From NCBI GenBank assembly GCA_030698625.1, contig JAUYMS010000030.1, positions 148,016 to 212,015 on the forward strand: a DNA stretch of 64,000 bases. The letters are read 5' to 3'. The notes under the pieces are model-generated. The model searched no databases and had not been told where the DNA came from. It saw nothing but the letters and a program-made list of their open reading frames with translations. A program made the position numbers and the translations under genes. This document shows, piece by piece, positions 55,844 through 64,000 of the stretch; the first letter of the stretch is position 1; each line of letters begins with the position of its first letter. The stretch is from Candidatus Omnitrophota bacterium. Its GTDB lineage: Bacteria > Omnitrophota > Omnitrophia > Omnitrophales > Aquincolibacteriaceae.

Positions 55844-56134
55844 ATGAAAAAAGGTATCCTTGTTTTATTTTCATTGGTTGCGCTTTTAGGCATTTTGAAT
55901 TGTGTTTTGATTGAGCCCGCTTTTGCTTGCAAAGATGAAGCCCCACATTCAGAGCAAAGCGGTGATTCCGATTGTTGTTTTATTCACTGCTCAATGCATC
56001 ATCAATGGGTCACTGCAGGCGCTACAGCCCTAACCTTTAATAGTGCTTCTGCCGGTGATTACGTTCTAAATAGCAACACCTTTCAGCCAGACTCTCCCGT
56101 AGCTTCGATTTTCCATCCACCTCTCGCCATTTAA
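55844..56134 (+). CDS. small secreted Cys/His-rich protein (96 aa), possible periplasmic metal-binding protein
   Basis: Signal peptide MKKGILVLFSLVALLGILNCVLIEPAFA, then CKDEAPHSEQSGDSDCCFIHCSMHHQW. First gene of the efflux island. Confidence 0.45.
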   Translation: MKKGILVLFSLVALLGILNCVLIEPAFACKDEAPHSEQSGDSDCCFIHCSMHHQWVTAGATALTFNSASAGDYVLNSNTFQPDSPVASIFHPPLAI

Positions 56135-56215
56135 GACTAGACGCCACGCGTCTGTCTTTTCGTAATTTCAAAACCATCCGTCTATTTAAACATTTTTTAA
56201 ATAAAAAGAGTCTCT

Positions 56216-57571
56216 ATGAAAAACCGTTTCGGAGCAAGTTTGTTGATGACTATTGCTGTTGTCTTATTCCTCCTGGTCACTCAGGTGGGAGAGTCTCTCT
56301 CTGTGGAAGTAGCTAATTCTGCGGATGGAAAAAAATCAGTGCCGGATACTGGAATTTCGTTTGAGACTTTGCTGGAAGAGGTTCTCGAGAATAATCCGGA
56401 ACTCAGATTCTATGAAGCAGAAGTCTTGGCGGCAAAAGGATTACGCAAAACGGCTGGCCTCTGGAACAATCCTGAGGTTAGCGGGTCTATTGGCCGCAAG
56501 AGAGTCATTAGCAGTTCTGATGATGGTGAAACTTCAACCGCCAAAGGTACGGCGAGTGAGATTGTGGTCACGCAGTCTCTTCCGTGGCCGGGACGAATCC
56601 GTTTACGCAAAGCAATCGCGGATCAGGATATTGAACTTGCGGAACTCGGCTTGGAACAGTTTCGAGGCTTGCTTAAAGCTCGTGCAAAAATAGCCGCTTA
56701 TGTGCTTAGCGCCGCACAGGAAAGAGCGGAAGCAACGCGGGAAGTATCGGAGCATTTTCACGCTTTGCGCGAAGTCCTAACACAGCGGGATCAGGCAGGA
56801 CTGACGCCTTTACTTGAAACGCGTGTGATTGAAGCCATAGAACTTAATATGCAACGAAAAGCCAGTCAGGCTTCACTCGAAGCGCAAGCGGCTTTATTCG
56901 ACTTAAACCAACTTCGTGGAGCAGAGCCTAGTAGCTCATTTACCCTCAATCAAATGAACCTCTCATTTCTCCCGATTCAAATAGATAAAAATGAGCTCAT
57001 AAAACTTGCAGCTTCTAACGATTATCAGGTCCGGCTACGTGCGATTGAGTTAGAACGGCAGGGATATACGGTAAGACTTGCGAAAAATGAAAGATTTCCT
57101 GACATCACGGCGGGACCAGCCATTGAAATGGAACGTGCCGGTGAGCGCGAACGCATTATCGGTGCGGCAATTTCCTTACCTCTACCGTTGTGGGATCGAA
57201 ATCAGGGAAATATTGCGACTGAAAAAGCACACCAAATCCAAGCGGAAACTTCGTTCGATATGGCGCAACGAGATGCGGAGCGAAGGGTAATCGAAGCCAT
57301 TGCTACTTATGAAACAAAGTTGAAGGAAATGGCGAATTGGAGGCCGGATTCTATCCAGCATTTTAAAGAAGCGGCTGAGTTGGCTGACCGTCATTACCGG
57401 CTAGGGGCAGTGCCTGTTTCCACTTATATCGAACTTCAATCCCAATACCTGGACACGATTGAAGGATTGCAAGATACAAAAAAGGAAGCGCTTGAAACGG
57501 CGGCCCAACTCGAATTGATGACCGGCGCTGATTTGTCACTTATTAAAACAAGTTTAGGCGAGCCGGAATGA
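56216..57571 (+). CDS. outer-membrane efflux protein (TolC/CusC/CzcC-like OMF) of an RND system
   Basis: Signal peptide. 451 aa with the two-repeat coiled-coil/beta-barrel composition typical of OMF proteins. The stop overlaps the next gene's start (ATGA). Confidence 0.7.
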   Translation: MKNRFGASLLMTIAVVLFLLVTQVGESLSVEVANSADGKKSVPDTGISFETLLEEVLENNPELRFYEAEVLAAKGLRKTAGLWNNPEVSGSIGRKRVISSSDDGETSTAKGTASEIVVTQSLPWPGRIRLRKAIADQDIELAELGLEQFRGLLKARAKIAAYVLSAAQERAEATREVSEHFHALREVLTQRDQAGLTPLLETRVIEAIELNMQRKASQASLEAQAALFDLNQLRGAEPSSSFTLNQMNLSFLPIQIDKNELIKLAASNDYQVRLRAIELERQGYTVRLAKNERFPDITAGPAIEMERAGERERIIGAAISLPLPLWDRNQGNIATEKAHQIQAETSFDMAQRDAERRVIEAIATYETKLKEMANWRPDSIQHFKEAAELADRHYRLGAVPVSTYIELQSQYLDTIEGLQDTKKEALETAAQLELMTGADLSLIKTSLGEPE

Positions 57572-58338
57572 AGCTAATACTTTGGATTTCGATCATTATT
57601 GGTGTCGCCATGCTTCCGTTGGGTTGCGGACGTAAAGAAGATAATCACGGTAAGGAAAAAGTCGAAAGCGGACATAGTGATGAAGAATCACCTTCAGGAG
57701 CAACATTTAAGGCAGGCAAAGGAATTACTTTAAGCGAGGAGACAAGTAAAATTCTGGGGCTTGAGATCGTGGATGTGACTGAGGAATTGTTACCTGAGGT
57801 CGTTCAATTGAATATTCAAATTTTTACCGAAACCCATCGTTTTGCAGATTTCGATATAGATCACACTGGTTGTCAGTTTCATGGCTCTGGTTTTTTACCT
57901 TCGGATAAAGTGGCTTTAGTAAAGCCTAAGCAACCGGTCAAATTTAAAACCTCTCGCGGTGAAATGCGCGATGGTTTTGTTGTGGCAGTTCAGAAACCGC
58001 TTACACATGGAGAAATCGAAATTATAGTTGGAGTGACAACTGTGGACAGCAATCTCAAAGACGGTGAATTTGTAAGTGCGACGATCTCCGTGCCGCGCAA
58101 TAAGCCGGTAACAGTCATTCCAAGTTCCGCACTTTTACGTACCGCAGAAGGGACATATGTATACGCAGTCAATGGAGACGCTTACTATCGAACGGCAGTG
58201 ACCGCAGGCGGCAGTGCGGATGAGAAAATTGAAATTACTGACGGATTATACGCGGGGGATCAGGTTGTAGTAAAACCCGTAGAAACTCTCTGGATTATTG
58301 AACTTCGCGCGACAAAAGGAGGAGGACATTCCCACTAA
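57568..58338 (+). CDS. RND efflux periplasmic adaptor (MFP) subunit, short form (256 aa, lipoprotein-type signal)
   Basis: Lipobox LPLGCG. The C-terminal beta-barrel/membrane-proximal region (VTVIPSSALLRTAEGTYVYAVNGDAYYRTAVTAGG) is typical of CusB/CzcB-type adaptors. A long alpha-hairpin is not evident. Confidence 0.6.
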   Translation: MKLILWISIIIGVAMLPLGCGRKEDNHGKEKVESGHSDEESPSGATFKAGKGITLSEETSKILGLEIVDVTEELLPEVVQLNIQIFTETHRFADFDIDHTGCQFHGSGFLPSDKVALVKPKQPVKFKTSRGEMRDGFVVAVQKPLTHGEIEIIVGVTTVDSNLKDGEFVSATISVPRNKPVTVIPSSALLRTAEGTYVYAVNGDAYYRTAVTAGGSADEKIEITDGLYAGDQVVVKPVETLWIIELRATKGGGHSH

Positions 58339-58341
58339 TTT

Positions 58342-61300
58342 ATGCTAAACCGAATCCTTGAATTTGCTGTTCGACAACGTTTATCTGTAGTGATCGCCAC
58401 GCTTGCGCTCGTCGCTATTGGAATTTGGTCGGCAACGAAATTGCCTATTGATGCGGTGCCAGACATTACTAATATTCAAGTCCAGGTGAATACCGTTGTG
58501 CCCGCTCTGGCTCCCGAAGAAATTGAAAAGCTTGTCACTTTTCCAATCGAAAATGAAATGGCGGGAATTCCCGGTTTGACAGAGCTTCGCTCACTTTCCA
58601 AGTTTGGTCTTTCTCAGGTAACGCTTGTTTTTGAAGAAGGCACGGACATTTATCGTTCGCGTCAATTAGTCAGCGAGCGGTTGCAGACTGTAATGGATGA
58701 ACTCCCGCCGAGTCTCACACCCAAACTTGCGCCAATTAGCACAGGTCTTGGCGAAATTTTTTACTATGTTGTGGAATATGCTGCCGATGCAGTGAAGAAA
58801 CCCGCCACCCGCGATGCTCAACTTATGGAGCTTAAGCTCATTCACGATTTTCTTATCAAGCCCCGCTTGCGTTCAACGCGAGGAATCGCTGAAGTCAATT
58901 CATCAGGAGGCTACGAAAAACAAATTGTCATTGAAGCTAATCCAGACAAGCTTAAAAGTGTGGGCATGTCATTTAGCGAAATCGCGGCGTCTATCGGTGA
59001 AAATGTGGAGAATGCCGGCGGCAGTGTGATTCAGATCGGGGGCGAACAGGTAGCGGTCCGTGCTGCGGGCCGGGTGCAAACCTTAGCAGAGATTGAGCAG
59101 TTGCCGCTCAAGTTTGGTGCGCGAGCAACCCCGTTGCGTGTGAAAGATGTTGCAGATGTTGTGATTGGAAAGGCAGTACGAAATGGCGCGAGTACCTATA
59201 ACGGTGAGGAATGCGTTTTAGGTTCAGCCCTGATGCTGGCCGGTGAAAACAGCCGTCTTGTCGCAAAAGCGGTTGCTGAGAAATTAAAGGAATTAGAAAC
59301 GAAACTGCCGGAAGGCGTGAAAATTATTCCGGTTTATGATCGCACGAAACTCGTGGACCGCACGATTCATACGGTGGAGTCAAGTTTGTTTGAAGGAGCG
59401 ATTCTCGTTGTTGTGGTGCTCCTCGTGATGTTGGGTAATTGGCGGGCAGCGATTATTGTCGCGCTTGCGATTCCTCTTTCCATGCTGTTCGCAATTACGG
59501 GAATGGTCCAGGGCCGAGTTTCCGGCAATTTGATGAGTTTGGGGGCCATTGATTTCGGTTTAATTGTCGATGGAGCCGTTGTTATGGTTGAAAATATGAT
59601 CCGCCATATTGCTGAAAAGCAGCATCATCTTAAACGCAGGCTTACTCCCTCTGAGCGTTCCGACGAAATTCTCCGCTCTGCAAAAGAAGTTGCCAGCCCG
59701 ATGTTTTTTGGAGTTCTTATTATTATGGTGGTTTATTTTCCGATCCTGGCACTGACCGGAATTGAGGGAAAGATGTTCCGACCAATGGCGATCACGGTTA
59801 TTTTTGCGCTTATGGGGGCATTGATTCTGGCGCTGACCCTTATGCCCGCGCTTTGTTCTTATTTGTTGAGTGGTGACATTAAAGAAAAAGATTCCTGGCT
59901 TGTGAGTTTGGCGAAGAAAGGCTATACCCCCATTTTAAATTTCGCATTGCATTCACGTAAAAAAGTGATTGGTGGCGGAATAGGACTTTTTGCTTTGGCC
60001 GTGATTGTTTTTAACAATCTCGGTGCGGAATTTGTGCCGCAGCTAGATGAAGGCTCCTTTGCCACGCACATGATCCGAACTACAAGCATCGGGATTAATG
60101 CCAGTATTGATATGCAAAAACGCGGTGAAAAGATGCTTTTAGAAAAGTTTCCCGAGGTGGATTATATCTTCAGCCGTTTGGGCACGGCGGAAGTTGCGAC
60201 AGACCCTATGGGTGTTAATGTGGCGGATACCTACATCATGTTTAAACCGCATAAACAATGGAGGAAAATAAAGTGGCGACGTATTACAAAGGACGAGCTA
60301 GCAAATCTTATGACCAAAGAGCTAGGCACCTATGTCCCGGGAGAGGCACACCTTTTCAGTCAGCCGATTGAAATGCGCTTTAACGAGATTCTTGAAGGAA
60401 CCCGGGCGGACATCGCGGTGAAAATTTTCGGGGATGATTTCCCCGTGATTGAAAAAATTGCAAGTGAAGCTCGAGAGATTTTAGAAAAAATACCCGGTGC
60501 TGCTGATGTGGAATTTGATGCTTTAGGAAAAGCGCCCTTATTGGAAATTGTCCCGAAACGAGATGCGATGAGTAAATACAATCTCCATGCTGCAGAACTA
60601 AACCGTGTTGTCAATACGGCGCTAGCTGGGGAGGAAGTGGGCAAGCTCATCGAAGGCAACCGGCGTTTTGATATTGTTGTACGGCTTAACGAAAAGCTTC
60701 GTGAGAATATCGATGAATTAAAACGGCTGCCGGTACGGGTGGATGACGGTGGACTATTGACGCTTGGCCAGGTCGCCGACTTTAAAATCGTCGAGCAGGT
60801 AGCGGCTATTGCTCGCGAATTTAGCCAGCGCCGTGCGGCCATTATGATTAATTTGCGAGGCCGCGATGTAGAAAGTTTTGTTCTGGAGGCACAGCAGAAA
60901 ATCAAAGATCAGATCAAGTTGCCGGATGGTTATACCATTGAGTTCGGTGGACAGTTTAAGAATTTGATCGACGCAAAACGCAGGCTTGGCGTAGTTGTTC
61001 CGGTGGCGATGCTGCTTATCTTTGTCCTGATTTTTATAGCTCTCCGTAGTTTTCGTCAGTCACTGCTCGTCTTTCTGGCGGTTCCTCTCGCTGTCACGGG
61101 AGGAGTATTCGCGCTCGCCCTGAGGGGTCTACCGTTTAGTATTTCAGCGGGAGTTGGTTTTATCGCCGTAAGCGGCATTGCGGTATTAAACGGACTTATG
61201 ATCATCACGTTTTTTAATCAACTTCGCGCGCAAGGAGCGGATGTACGGACATCTGTCTGGGATGGCTCTCTGCTTCGGTTACGCCCAAAACTCATGACAG

Positions 61301-61494
61301 CGCTTGTGGCCTCGCTTGGGTTTGTGCCTATGGCGATTGCGCACGGAGCGGGTGCCGAAGTCCAGCGTCCGCTTGCCACAGTCGTTATTGGCGGAATCAT
61401 AACGTCCACTTTTCTTACTCTAGTTTTACTGCCCGTACTTTACGAATGGTTAGAACAAAGAAAATCGAAAGAAAACAAAGGAGCTAAACTGTGA
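58342..61494 (+). CDS. heavy-metal-efflux RND permease, CzcA/CusA family
   Basis: 1,050 aa. N-terminus MLNRILEFAVRQRLSVVIATLALVAIGIWSATKLPIDAVPDITNIQVQVNT is near-canonical for CzcA/CusA; 12-TM RND architecture. Confidence 0.85.
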   Translation: MLNRILEFAVRQRLSVVIATLALVAIGIWSATKLPIDAVPDITNIQVQVNTVVPALAPEEIEKLVTFPIENEMAGIPGLTELRSLSKFGLSQVTLVFEEGTDIYRSRQLVSERLQTVMDELPPSLTPKLAPISTGLGEIFYYVVEYAADAVKKPATRDAQLMELKLIHDFLIKPRLRSTRGIAEVNSSGGYEKQIVIEANPDKLKSVGMSFSEIAASIGENVENAGGSVIQIGGEQVAVRAAGRVQTLAEIEQLPLKFGARATPLRVKDVADVVIGKAVRNGASTYNGEECVLGSALMLAGENSRLVAKAVAEKLKELETKLPEGVKIIPVYDRTKLVDRTIHTVESSLFEGAILVVVVLLVMLGNWRAAIIVALAIPLSMLFAITGMVQGRVSGNLMSLGAIDFGLIVDGAVVMVENMIRHIAEKQHHLKRRLTPSERSDEILRSAKEVASPMFFGVLIIMVVYFPILALTGIEGKMFRPMAITVIFALMGALILALTLMPALCSYLLSGDIKEKDSWLVSLAKKGYTPILNFALHSRKKVIGGGIGLFALAVIVFNNLGAEFVPQLDEGSFATHMIRTTSIGINASIDMQKRGEKMLLEKFPEVDYIFSRLGTAEVATDPMGVNVADTYIMFKPHKQWRKIKWRRITKDELANLMTKELGTYVPGEAHLFSQPIEMRFNEILEGTRADIAVKIFGDDFPVIEKIASEAREILEKIPGAADVEFDALGKAPLLEIVPKRDAMSKYNLHAAELNRVVNTALAGEEVGKLIEGNRRFDIVVRLNEKLRENIDELKRLPVRVDDGGLLTLGQVADFKIVEQVAAIAREFSQRRAAIMINLRGRDVESFVLEAQQKIKDQIKLPDGYTIEFGGQFKNLIDAKRRLGVVVPVAMLLIFVLIFIALRSFRQSLLVFLAVPLAVTGGVFALALRGLPFSISAGVGFIAVSGIAVLNGLMIITFFNQLRAQGADVRTSVWDGSLLRLRPKLMTALVASLGFVPMAIAHGAGAEVQRPLATVVIGGIITSTFLTLVLLPVLYEWLEQRKSKENKGAKL

Positions 61495-61904
61495 AGACTT
61501 TATCGAAATTGATTATTGTCGCAAGCATTCTCTTTGCCGCATCCAGTGTTTATGCTGAGACCCCGCATGGTCATGATCACGATGCGCCTGTTGGCGGTCC
61601 CAAAGGCGGACGATTGCTTGAACATACCGAACCTCATGCTGAATTTTTTGTGGAAAAAGACCTCTCCGTGACGGTCACTTTTTATGATAAAGAATTAAAG
61701 CCTGTTCCGGTTGCGGAACAAAGCGTATCGGTTATTGCTGAAACGGGTGGAAAGAAAACAACATTGGATTTCGAGAAAAAAGGAGATGTGCTGGTAAGTA
61801 AGGGGCCGCTGCCTAAAGAACATGCGCTCAATCTCGTGGTGCAGTTTAAACAAACTCCCGATGACAAGGCCCGCAATTTTCGTTTACGAAGATCATATTT
61901 GTGA
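61491..61904 (+). CDS. periplasmic His-rich hypothetical protein (137 aa), possible metal-binding accessory protein
   Basis: GTG start overlapping the czcA stop (GTGA). Signal peptide, then ETPHGHDHDAPVGG...HTEPH. Confidence 0.5.
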   Translation: MKTLSKLIIVASILFAASSVYAETPHGHDHDAPVGGPKGGRLLEHTEPHAEFFVEKDLSVTVTFYDKELKPVPVAEQSVSVIAETGGKKTTLDFEKKGDVLVSKGPLPKEHALNLVVQFKQTPDDKARNFRLRRSYL

Positions 61905-61948
61905 TGTTTGCAAACGTGCCGAGTACGCATGTATCTGCGGTCATTAAA

Positions 61949-62296
61949 ATGAGTGAGACAGCTTTCTTTGCATTTAAGGTGATAATGTCGGCCTTGATTA
62001 TTACGGGAGCATCGTGGCTCTCCGGAAAAAAACCTTTTCTTGCAGGGTTTTTAATTGCGCTACCGCTGATGTCGATGCTGGCTATTCTTTTTTCTTATTT
62101 GCAATACCGGGATATGGATAAAGTTAATCAATTTGCCAGTTCAATCCTTGTGGCAGTTCCTTTATCACTATGCTTTTTTGTCCCCTTTCTTTTGAACCGC
62201 TGGCTCAAAATGAATTTTGTTATGACTTTTGGAGCAGGGCTTATCTTTCTAGGAGTTGCTTTTTTTATTCATTCTTGGACTTTTCAATCAAAATAA
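61949..62296 (+). CDS. small integral membrane protein (about 115 aa), hypothetical
   Basis: Four hydrophobic segments. ATG at 61949 (the track ORF begins at 61901). Confidence 0.45.
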   Translation: MSETAFFAFKVIMSALIITGASWLSGKKPFLAGFLIALPLMSMLAILFSYLQYRDMDKVNQFASSILVAVPLSLCFFVPFLLNRWLKMNFVMTFGAGLIFLGVAFFIHSWTFQSK

Positions 62297-62309
62297 GAGA
62301 TAAGAATTT

Positions 62310-62642
62310 ATGGCTCAAGTAGGACAATCAATCCTAATTTTTATCCTTGCCGGTCTTTGCGAAATAGGCGGAGGCTATCTTATTTGGCAATCCATTCGCA
62401 ATGGAAAAGGGATATTGTTCGGTGTAATCGGTGCGGTAATTCTCATTCTCTACGGAATTATTCCGACATTTCAGCAAGCGCATTTTGGTCGGGTCTATGC
62501 GGCTTATGGCGGCGTTTTTGTGGTCATGTCTCTTTTATGGGGATGGGGTTTTGATAAAACAGTTCCTGATAGCGCTGACATGATTGGCGCACTGCTTTGC
62601 TTAATCGGGATAGCAGTCATCATGTATTGGCCGCGTCCCTAA
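62310..62642 (+). CDS. YnfA-family (UPF0060) small membrane protein
   Basis: MAQVGQSILIFILAGLCEIGGGYLIWQSIRNGK...AYGGVFVVMSLLWGW is typical of YnfA. Confidence 0.75.
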   Translation: MAQVGQSILIFILAGLCEIGGGYLIWQSIRNGKGILFGVIGAVILILYGIIPTFQQAHFGRVYAAYGGVFVVMSLLWGWGFDKTVPDSADMIGALLCLIGIAVIMYWPRP

Positions 62643-62646
62643 AAAT

Positions 62647-63261
62647 ATGGAATCGAAAGCGCACTGGGAAAACATTTATCAAACGAAAAAAGCAGATCAA
62701 GTAAGCTGGTTTCAGTCGCATTTGGCAAAGTCGCTTGAATTCATACTTGAGCTTGGTTTACCAAAGGACGGAGCCATTATTGATGTTGGAGCTGGCGCCT
62801 CTACTTTGCCGGACGATCTGCTAGCTAAAGGCTTTCGAAATATAACCGTCCTTGATATTTCAGCTGAAGCACTTGAAGTTTCGAAGAACCGGCTTGTCGA
62901 TAAAGCAAAACAGATTACATGGCTAGAAGCCGATATCACCAACGTCCCGCTTAAAAACAATCACTACCAGTTATGGCATGACCGCGCGGTGTTTCATTTC
63001 TTAACCAATCCGAAAGAGCGAAAAAAATATACGCAAACGCTTAAAGACTCTCTGCTAAAGGAAGGCTATGCGCTCATTGCTACGTTCGGTCCAAATGGCC
63101 CTTTAAAGTGTAGCGGCCTTGAGATTGTCCGGTATTCGTCCGAAAGCCTTCAAAGAGAGCTTAAAGAAGAATTTGAATTGAAGAAGCATTTTCTTGAAAA
63201 TCACAAGACACCTTTCGAAACGACTCAAGAATTCCTTTACTGCCTTTTCCAAAAGAAATGA
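62647..63261 (+). CDS. class I SAM-dependent methyltransferase
   Basis: SAM-binding motif IIDVGAGASTL...VLDIS. The stop codon abuts the first nt of repeat copy B. Confidence 0.65.
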   Translation: MESKAHWENIYQTKKADQVSWFQSHLAKSLEFILELGLPKDGAIIDVGAGASTLPDDLLAKGFRNITVLDISAEALEVSKNRLVDKAKQITWLEADITNVPLKNNHYQLWHDRAVFHFLTNPKERKKYTQTLKDSLLKEGYALIATFGPNGPLKCSGLEIVRYSSESLQRELKEEFELKKHFLENHKTPFETTQEFLYCLFQKK

Positions 63262-63458
63262 CCGAGGGCTTTTTCGAGGGCTTAATATCGGCCTATATCG
63301 AATAATCCCGGTACATTTCGGTCTACCCACTTTTCGATGAAAGCCCCGCTTTCCCATCGTAATTTGCTATAATTTGGTCATACTGGACTATATCGGTTTA
63401 CCTGCGTACGCGGACTTCGGAGCAGAGGGTTACAGGTTCAAGTCCTGTCGGGCGCAGA
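63261..63458 (+). repeat. 198-bp direct repeat, copy B, ending in a 42-nt copy identical to tRNA-Arg positions 54196-54237
   Basis: About 92% identical to copy A over the arm. The tRNA part CTTCGGAGCAGAGGGTTACAGGTTCAAGTCCTGTCGGGCGCA is identical to the intact gene, then diverges (GAC versus CCA). Confidence 0.85.
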
Positions 63459-63487
63459 CCGATAAACTGACCCAGGATCGGAGGCTT

Positions 63488-64000
63488 GTGGCCCAGCGAC
63501 TTCTCGCCCTTCTATTAGCGTTTACGCTTACGACCGCCGGTTGTGTGTCGGGCGGGGGCGGCCGTGAGGCCGACGTGTCGCGGGGTCTGGGCCTCAGCAG
63601 TGATGAAATCAAGGTCGGCGAGAAGATTCATGCCGAAATCATCTCCCAGTTCTACCTCTACACCGAACCCTCCGTCGTGGATTATGTCGAGGCGATTAAA
63701 GAGGCCGTCGCCGCTCAGGCCGGCCGGCAGAGTTTCCCCTATCGTTTGACCCTGCTCCACCACGAAAAAATCTATGCGACATCGGCTCCCGGCGGGTATC
63801 TCTACGTGACGACGGGCATGCTCAATTTTCTGCAGAACGACGCCGAACTCGCCGCGGTCCTTGCGCACGAAATCGGTCAGCTTCAAATCCGCGACCCGCG
63901 CCTTTCGGTGGGGCGCAAAATGCTGCAGACCCTGACTAGAACCGGCGCGTTTGCGGCCCCGCTTTTCGGGCAATTCGGCGCGCTTGCAGCATTGGGCCTC
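63488..64000 (+). CDS. M48-family (BepA/YfgC-like) metallopeptidase lipoprotein, 3'-truncated by window edge; zinc motif reads HEIGQ instead of HExxH
   Basis: Open frame to the window end (not in the ORF track because there is no stop). Lipobox LTTAGC. ...GGYLYVTTGMLNFLQNDAELAAVLAHEIGQL matches the M48 active-site region. A GTG start at 63488 is the likeliest start, but the GGAGG RBS spacing is short. Confidence 0.65.
   Translation, partial: MAQRLLALLLAFTLTTAGCVSGGGGREADVSRGLGLSSDEIKVGEKIHAEIISQFYLYTEPSVVDYVEAIKEAVAAQAGRQSFPYRLTLLHHEKIYATSAPGGYLYVTTGMLNFLQNDAELAAVLAHEIGQLQIRDPRLSVGRKMLQTLTRTGAFAAPLFGQFGALAALGL

Larger units (their letters stand above)
55601..63458 (+). mobile_element. putative tRNA-Arg-associated genomic island (heavy-metal RND efflux island) bounded by 198-bp direct repeats carrying tRNA 3'-end copies; no integrase present
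   Basis: Seen in sequence: intact tRNA-Arg at 54164-54240; partial 3'-end copies at 55755-55796 and 63415-63456; shared 155-bp arms; cargo is an OMF-MFP-CzcA/CusA operon. The island interpretation is inference. Confidence 0.5.

Noticed and set aside
55601-63458. Whether the tRNA-like tails of the 198-bp repeats are complete additional tRNA genes
   Set aside because: Only the anticodon loop through the 3' acceptor strand is present. No 5' acceptor strand or D-arm can be formed from the upstream sequence, and no CCA is encoded. These are partial tRNA copies (att-like), not genes.
63515-63973. 152-aa minus-strand ORF at the window end
   Set aside because: It is antisense to the much better supported + strand M48 peptidase reading frame (lipobox, HEIGx active-site region). 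That frame is open to the window edge and therefore absent from the ORF track.
1-64000. CRISPR arrays, rRNA genes, transposase/integrase/IS elements
   Set aside because: I looked for regularly spaced direct repeats of 25-40 nt with unique spacers, for rRNA-like conserved blocks, and for DDE/tyrosine-recombinase motifs in all ORF translations, and found none. The only regularly repeated units are the REP-like hairpins, the 30-nt motif and the 131-bp and 198-bp direct repeats described above.

Overview
This is a 64-kb, roughly 53% GC window from a likely Gram-negative bacterium. Support for Gram-negative: PEP-CTERM sorting signal, lipoproteins, an RND/OMF efflux system, a Sec-secreted giant protein. 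I cannot place it taxonomically from sequence alone. About 55 genes are called and all but one lie on the + strand.

Main features, 5' to 3':
- (1) A 5'-truncated LytTR response regulator, followed by a three-gene operon: a 6,396-aa secreted giant protein with modular repeats, YD/Rhs-like beta stretches, recurring Cx(x)GEEC motifs and dockerin-type Ca-binding repeats; a 1,224-aa secreted protein with Pro/Thr linkers and a dockerin; and a 280-aa Trp-repeat protein.
- (2) tRNA-Phe(GAA) with a textbook TTGACA-N16-TATAAT promoter, then housekeeping and accessory genes: ROK glucokinase, a DUF1016-N::SNase nuclease fusion, a solitary AAA ATPase, an SSF transporter, an FCY1-like cytosine deaminase, and TPR-containing and other secreted proteins.
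- (3) A HipB/HipA-like toxin-antitoxin pair plus a putative PD-(D/E)xK protein. The 2.8-kb segment is bracketed by 131-bp direct repeats derived from a disrupted MBL-fold gene.
- (4) A 1,062-aa secreted protein with four about 150-aa tandem repeats.
- (5) A mer-like metal cluster lacking merA (MerR, thioredoxin-like protein, MerC-like, 48-aa GDCCVxC protein). A 25-30-nt motif occurs four times around this cluster and the downstream desaturase.
- (6) An MnmC-type methyltransferase fused in frame to a nitroreductase domain, an internally deleted SulP pseudogene, and YaiI.
- (7) tRNA-Arg(TCG), followed by two copies of a 198-bp repeat that each end in the 3' 42 nt of that tRNA. The repeats bracket a PEP-CTERM ice-binding-like gene and a 7.7-kb heavy-metal RND efflux island, consistent with tandem tRNA-targeted islands lacking an integrase.

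Several families of short intergenic repeats (REP-like hairpins, a 33-nt unit) recur through the window. No CRISPR arrays or rRNA were found. Coordinates I derived myself (repeats, motifs, alternative starts) may be off by 1-2 nt.
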